Assembly: GCA_041695225.1 (NCBI GenBank)
Contig: JBGFRI010000045.1
Span: 16,656-80,655 of the forward strand
DNA: 64,000 nt
Source of the DNA: Deinococcota bacterium
GTDB taxonomy: Bacteria; Deinococcota; Deinococci; Deinococcales; Thermaceae
Direction of reading: 5' to 3'
The notes beneath the pieces were generated by a model. It was given only the letters and a program-made list of their open reading frames with translations. It made no database searches and was not told where the DNA came from. This document shows, in pieces, positions 59,892 to 64,000 of this stretch. Made by a program: the position numbers and the translations under genes. How positions within the stretch are numbered: position 1 is the first letter of the stretch; every line of letters starts with the position of its first letter.

Positions 59892-60779
59892 ATGCTACTG
59901 ATAAATGACCCGTACGACGCGCCTGCTGGCCCTAAGGTGGTGGCGATTGGCAGCTTTGACGGGCTACACCTGGGTCATCAACACCTGATTCACCTGGCCC
60001 AGCAACAGGCCAGGCAGCAGCACATTCCGTTGCTGGTGTACACTTTCGACCCCCCCAGCAAGGTTTTTATGAAAGGGGAGGGCTTCCTGACCGATCTGGC
60101 GGAAAAGCTCGAGCTTTTGCGGGGCCTGGGGGCGGAAATTGCCCTGATTGTACCGTTCAACGAGGCCTTCTCCAGGCGTAGCAAGGACGACTTTCTGGGC
60201 GACCTTCGTGCTCTGGAAGCCCAGCGCCTCTACGTCGGAGAGGATTTCCGCTTTGGGCAGGGAAGAACCGGGGGACTGGAAGACCTTGAGGCCGTGGCTC
60301 CCACCCATATCGTGCCCCTCCTGGAGCTGGATGGAGGGCCGGTCAAATCCAGCCGTATCCGCGACTTATTGCGCCAAGGGGAGGTAGACCAGGCCAGACT
60401 GCTCCTGGGCAGGTCTTACCAGGCCGGAGGTATCGTGCGGGAGGGGAGCCGGCTGGGTAGGCAGCTAGGGTTTCCTACGGCCAATATCGAAGTGGCTCAT
60501 CACAAAATTTTGCCGCTGGGCGTGTTCGTGGTACGGGTGCAGACCTCGCAGGGAAAGTTTGGCGGGATGGCCAATGTTGGCTACCGCCCTACGGTCGCGG
60601 GTCAGACCCTGCGCCTCGAGGTACACCTCTTTGGGTTTGCCGGCGATCTATATGGCCAGGAACTCAGAGTGGAATTCCTTACCAGGCTGCGCCAAGAGAC
60701 AAAATTTGAAGGGCTTGAAGCGCTGAAAGCCCAGTTGGCAAAAGACGCCGAAGCGGCGCGGAAGGTGCTGGGGATTTAG
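59892..60779 (+). CDS. ribF: Riboflavin kinase / FAD synthetase
   Basis: GSFDGLHLGH, GEDFRFG, SSRIR, GFPTAN, NVGYRPT, EVHL. Confidence 0.96.
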   Translation: MLLINDPYDAPAGPKVVAIGSFDGLHLGHQHLIHLAQQQARQQHIPLLVYTFDPPSKVFMKGEGFLTDLAEKLELLRGLGAEIALIVPFNEAFSRRSKDDFLGDLRALEAQRLYVGEDFRFGQGRTGGLEDLEAVAPTHIVPLLELDGGPVKSSRIRDLLRQGEVDQARLLLGRSYQAGGIVREGSRLGRQLGFPTANIEVAHHKILPLGVFVVRVQTSQGKFGGMANVGYRPTVAGQTLRLEVHLFGFAGDLYGQELRVEFLTRLRQETKFEGLEALKAQLAKDAEAARKVLGI

Positions 60780-61084
60780 GCGCTGCTCTCCGGAGTGGTT
60801 GGGTACATTCGCAATGTCGCAGGTCCCATGTCGGACTGGGGCTGTTCAATGAAATCCTTCAACAAAGTTTTCTAGCTATCGGCCTTTGGTCTTCGACATT
60901 CACCTTTTTCCATTCGACAGCACCCGGACTCGTCGGGATGGCAAAACCTTGTTAGCTGAAGACCGAGTTAAGAAATTGGCACTTGGCAAGCTCAGCGAAT
61001 TTACTTTTCTCCTGCCTCCTGCCCCCGACTTTCGGCCATAGACCCTCGACTCTCTGGCGACCTGCGACTTTAGACCTGCGACCC

Positions 61085-61537
61085 CTACTGCGGAATATCC
61101 TCGGCTGTCATAAACCTGGGCTTAACCCAGCGCACCTCTTCGAAAGTTCCGTCGTAGCGCAGGATGGCCGCAATTCTGGCTCTGGAGTAGACCTGGTGTG
61201 GCTTTTTGGGGATGAAGGCGGTTACCACATCTACCCAGCGGGCTTCGCGGTACTCCAGCACCACGTGCAGTGGCAGTCTTAGCTGGGGCGGAAAGACCAT
61301 ATAGCCCAGCACCAGCATGCGCTGGTCTTCGGGATATACCGCCATCTCGCGGCCCCATTCCACCGCCTGCAAGACATCCTGCTCGATAAAACCTTCTTGC
61401 AGCATGTGCCTGGCTACGTGCGGGCCTATGCGGTAGCGGCCCTGGCGAAGATAGGGGATCAGCTCCTCGAGCCTTCGCAGAGACCCGTGTGATGAACGAC
61501 GGTTTGTGTTGCTTGCAAATCGCGGTCGTTTGAGCAT
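61085..61537 (-). CDS. DUF4258-like protein
   Basis: GRYRIGPH, AVYPED.RMLVLG, PLHVV, VVTAFIP; RBS GGAGG. Confidence 0.7.
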   Translation of the reverse strand: MLKRPRFASNTNRRSSHGSLRRLEELIPYLRQGRYRIGPHVARHMLQEGFIEQDVLQAVEWGREMAVYPEDQRMLVLGYMVFPPQLRLPLHVVLEYREARWVDVVTAFIPKKPHQVYSRARIAAILRYDGTFEEVRWVKPRFMTAEDIPQ

Positions 61538-61576
61538 CAAGTCCTCCCCCTGGCCCAACTTCTATCCAAACTTACC

Positions 61577-61790
61577 TCTCCCAGCTGCGGCAAAGAGCGG
61601 CGTCGTTCCAGCTATTGAACAGGCGAAGCCCTGTGGTACGAGATCTGCTGGTTCCAGGGCGATGCCGGGTGAGGCTGAAACGGGAGCGAATAAGCATGGG
61701 ATAACAGCCTGCCTTCTAGAAATCAGCCCCACGCTCAGACAGAGGGGGGCCGATCGGATAGCTCAAAGAACCCCAGATACCCAGCGGAGT
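61577..61790 (-). ncRNA. Candidate 6S-like RNA (long rod with central bubble)
   Basis: Nested pairings CUCC/GGAG, GCUG/CAGC, GUUC/GAAC, AGCUAU/AUAGCU and GUGGGGCUGA/UCAGCCUCAC; TATAAT at 61808-61803. Confidence 0.5.
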
Positions 61791-61803
61791 TCTGTAATCG
61801 TGA

Positions 61804-62430
61804 TTATAGGGAAAATCTGCTGAGATGATGTGGGCTTTTGACCGCAATTGCCGCGCCGTAGACCCTGGCTGCGCCGGCCTCGAACAACGCTTTGCGTGCA
61901 CGTTCATAGGTCGCTCCGGTAGTGACAACGTCGTCTACCAGTAGCCAGGCTCCCCCAATCTGGCTGGTAGGCAAGAAGGTAGCCTCGGGAAGCTGTAGCC
62001 GGCGCAGCAAGGTCTTTTTGGTTTGCGATTTGTCCAGGGTGGTGCGCGAGAGCACGGTTTTATAAGGGATGCCTAACTCCTGAGCTACCGCCTGGGCCAG
62101 CAGTTCGGCCTGGTTGTACCCCCGTGCGATTTTGCGGTGCAAAAGGGTGGGCACGGCGGTCACGCCATTCAGCTTCCAGTCGGCCTGGCGCACCCCCAGG
62201 GCCAGTCGCTTGCCCAGCAAAATGCCAAGCTGGCGCTGGCCCTGGTACTTGATGGCCTTGGGGAGTCTGCCAAAGCGCCGGTAATCCCCCAGATAAACGA
62301 AATTTGGCAGGTGTCTGGGCACCAGAGAACTCTGGCATTTGGCGCAGACGATAGGCTGTACCAGCGGCTCGCCGCAGCCCGGGCAGACTGCTCCTACCAG
62401 TTGTTCCCACCAGCCCATCATCCAGGCCAT
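61804..62430 (-). CDS. comF: ComF-family phosphoribosyltransferase-like protein
   Basis: CPGC..CAKC, RGYNQA, LLVDDVVTTGAT. Confidence 0.88.
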   Translation of the reverse strand: MAWMMGWWEQLVGAVCPGCGEPLVQPIVCAKCQSSLVPRHLPNFVYLGDYRRFGRLPKAIKYQGQRQLGILLGKRLALGVRQADWKLNGVTAVPTLLHRKIARGYNQAELLAQAVAQELGIPYKTVLSRTTLDKSQTKKTLLRRLQLPEATFLPTSQIGGAWLLVDDVVTTGATYERARKALFEAGAARVYGAAIAVKSPHHLSRFSL

Positions 62431-62433
62431 AGC

Positions 62434-63417
62434 TCACCCGATGCCCAGGGCGGCTCGCAACGATTCATCGAAGGGCGGGTAAATCACGCCTTTCTCAGTC
62501 ACAATGCCGGTGACCAGGTGATGGGGGGTCACGTCAAAGGCCGGATGCGCTGCCGGGAAGCCCTCGGGTGCGACAGGCTGCCCACGAATTACGGTCACTT
62601 CGTGGGCCGAGCGCTGCTCGATGGGGATTCCAACGCCGTCTTCCAGCCTGGGGTCTACCGACGAGAGCGGCAGGGCCGGATAAAAGGGAATTCCGTGATA
62701 CCGGGCCAGAACTGCCAGACCGTAAGTTCCAATCTTGTTGGCAAAATCGCCGTTCAGGGCCATACGGTCGGCGCCTAGCATCACCGCGTCTACCTTTCCC
62801 TGGGCCATCATGTAAGCCGCCATGTTGTCGCTAATCAGGGTAGCCGGAACCGCGGCTTGTTGCAGTTCGTAGGCGGTCAGGCGGGCGCCTTGCAGGTAGG
62901 GGCGGGTCTCGTCTGCCCAGACATGGCTCACCCGGCCCTGGCGGTGGGCCTCGATAATGGCCCCCAGTGCTGTTCCATATCCCCCCGTAGCCAGCGGCCC
63001 GGTGTTGCAGTGGGTCAGCACCTGGCCCCTTAGCACCCTGGCGCCGTGCTGGCTGATGGCCAGCTCGGTCTGCTCGACCTCGCTCCAGATGGCTTTTGCC
63101 TCGGCTAACGAGGCTTCCAGGCTGCCCCAGTGCGGTCTCATGCGGTCGAGCGCGTAGAACAGGTTCACTGCGGTGGGTCGGCTATTGCGCAGCGCTTCGT
63201 CGGCCTGCGCCAGGTCCTCGCCCACTAGATGGGCCAGCACCATCCCGTAGGCTGCCGTGACGCCGATGGCGGGCGCCCCGCGCACCACCATCTGCTGGAT
63301 GCCCGCGGCGACGTGCTGGGCGCTCTGGCAGGGAACCCAGCCCTCCTCGAAGGGCAGCTTGCGCTGATCCAGAAGCCAGAAAGTATTGTCTTCAAAACGA
63401 AAGGGGACCAGGCGCAT
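62434..63417 (-). CDS. mtnA: S-methyl-5-thioribose-1-phosphate isomerase
   Basis: LDQRKLP, VRGAPAIG, RPTAVNL, THCNTG, ETRPYLQG, ANKIGTY, FDVTP. Confidence 0.96.
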   Translation of the reverse strand: MRLVPFRFEDNTFWLLDQRKLPFEEGWVPCQSAQHVAAGIQQMVVRGAPAIGVTAAYGMVLAHLVGEDLAQADEALRNSRPTAVNLFYALDRMRPHWGSLEASLAEAKAIWSEVEQTELAISQHGARVLRGQVLTHCNTGPLATGGYGTALGAIIEAHRQGRVSHVWADETRPYLQGARLTAYELQQAAVPATLISDNMAAYMMAQGKVDAVMLGADRMALNGDFANKIGTYGLAVLARYHGIPFYPALPLSSVDPRLEDGVGIPIEQRSAHEVTVIRGQPVAPEGFPAAHPAFDVTPHHLVTGIVTEKGVIYPPFDESLRAALGIG

Positions 63418-63426
63418 GGGGCCAGT

Positions 63427-63789
63427 CTACTTCAGGGTGCCCAGCAGACTGGTATAAAGCAAAATGAACTGGCTTTCGTCTAGCCTGGCCTGGGGGTTGT
63501 TCCAGGTAGCCGAAACACAGAACTGCCTGCCGTCCCGGCCTAAGAGCCAGGTGGTCAGATTGAGCACGCCTGGCTCGGAGCCCCCTTTGAAGGCCACCCG
63601 CTGCCAGTCGGCAGGGTTGGCGAGGCCGGGGTTGAGCGACATCATGAGCAGAGCCTGAACCCTTCTCATCAGGTCACACAGCTCGCGGGTGCTAAAAAAC
63701 CACTCCACGTCAATGGCTACCGGCCCCCCGGCAAAAACCTCCACGCTTGGTATGGGAAGATTTGCCAGATGGGGTAGCAGAGCGCCCAC
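63427..63789 (-). pseudogene. C-terminal remnant of a class A beta-lactamase-like serine hydrolase
   Basis: EWFFS..LC, VAFKGGSEPGVLNLT, SATWN; no SxxK motif; an in-frame stop sits immediately upstream. Confidence 0.65.
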
Positions 63790-64000
63790 CTAGCCCCAAC
63801 TTTTAGCGCAGGCCAGTATTTCACTTTGCCGACAGGCTTGGAGATCAACAAGCCCTGCTTTCTTAGCACTGGAACAGGTTAGACCGAAGTTACCCCCGTA
63901 ACGGAGGCTGCGACCCGCGAAAAAGCCTGTCTACCAGGCAGTTCGAGCATCGATGCGCTGTACAAAGTGTTGCCATGTAATCATGAGACATACCACTTGC

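Overview
Chromosomal window from a Deinococcota bacterium, most likely Meiothermus or a close relative (V/A-type ATP synthase operon, Nqo15, MqnD, BshC, Thermus-type ICD, many apparently leaderless genes). Most of it is housekeeping: glyA, dnaJ, bshC, mqnD, galE, atpGIKECFABD, thrC, hom, uvrC, nqo15, ribF, mtnA. The main accessory region (about 4.6-18.1 kb) starts at an IS1595/IS1016-group element. It holds a cst-like sulfide/persulfide detoxification cluster (CstB-like dioxygenase, several rhodaneses, TauE) with CsoR/CstR-type operators, then icd. Next come a DUF2946-like CxxC/RGPP leader peptide and a nosD-nosF-nosL-nosL-nosY-PCuAC operon with no nosZ in the window, and finally a rhodanese-TlpA-CstR operon. 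Other notable signals are a ~210-nt 6S-RNA-shaped rod upstream of a DUF4258 gene, an unassigned structured leader upstream of a class V aminotransferase, and a 96-aa in-frame palindromic-repeat insertion in a CoA-transferase. There are also duplicated 3' ends of atpA and atpD (the latter bracketing an S8 peptidase gene), an IS110 remnant, a homopolymer frameshift in a branched-chain amino acid binding protein gene, and abundant intergenic REP-like and heptamer repeats. No rRNA, tRNA or CRISPR array was recognised. All calls come from reading the sequence by eye; no searches or folding programs were run.
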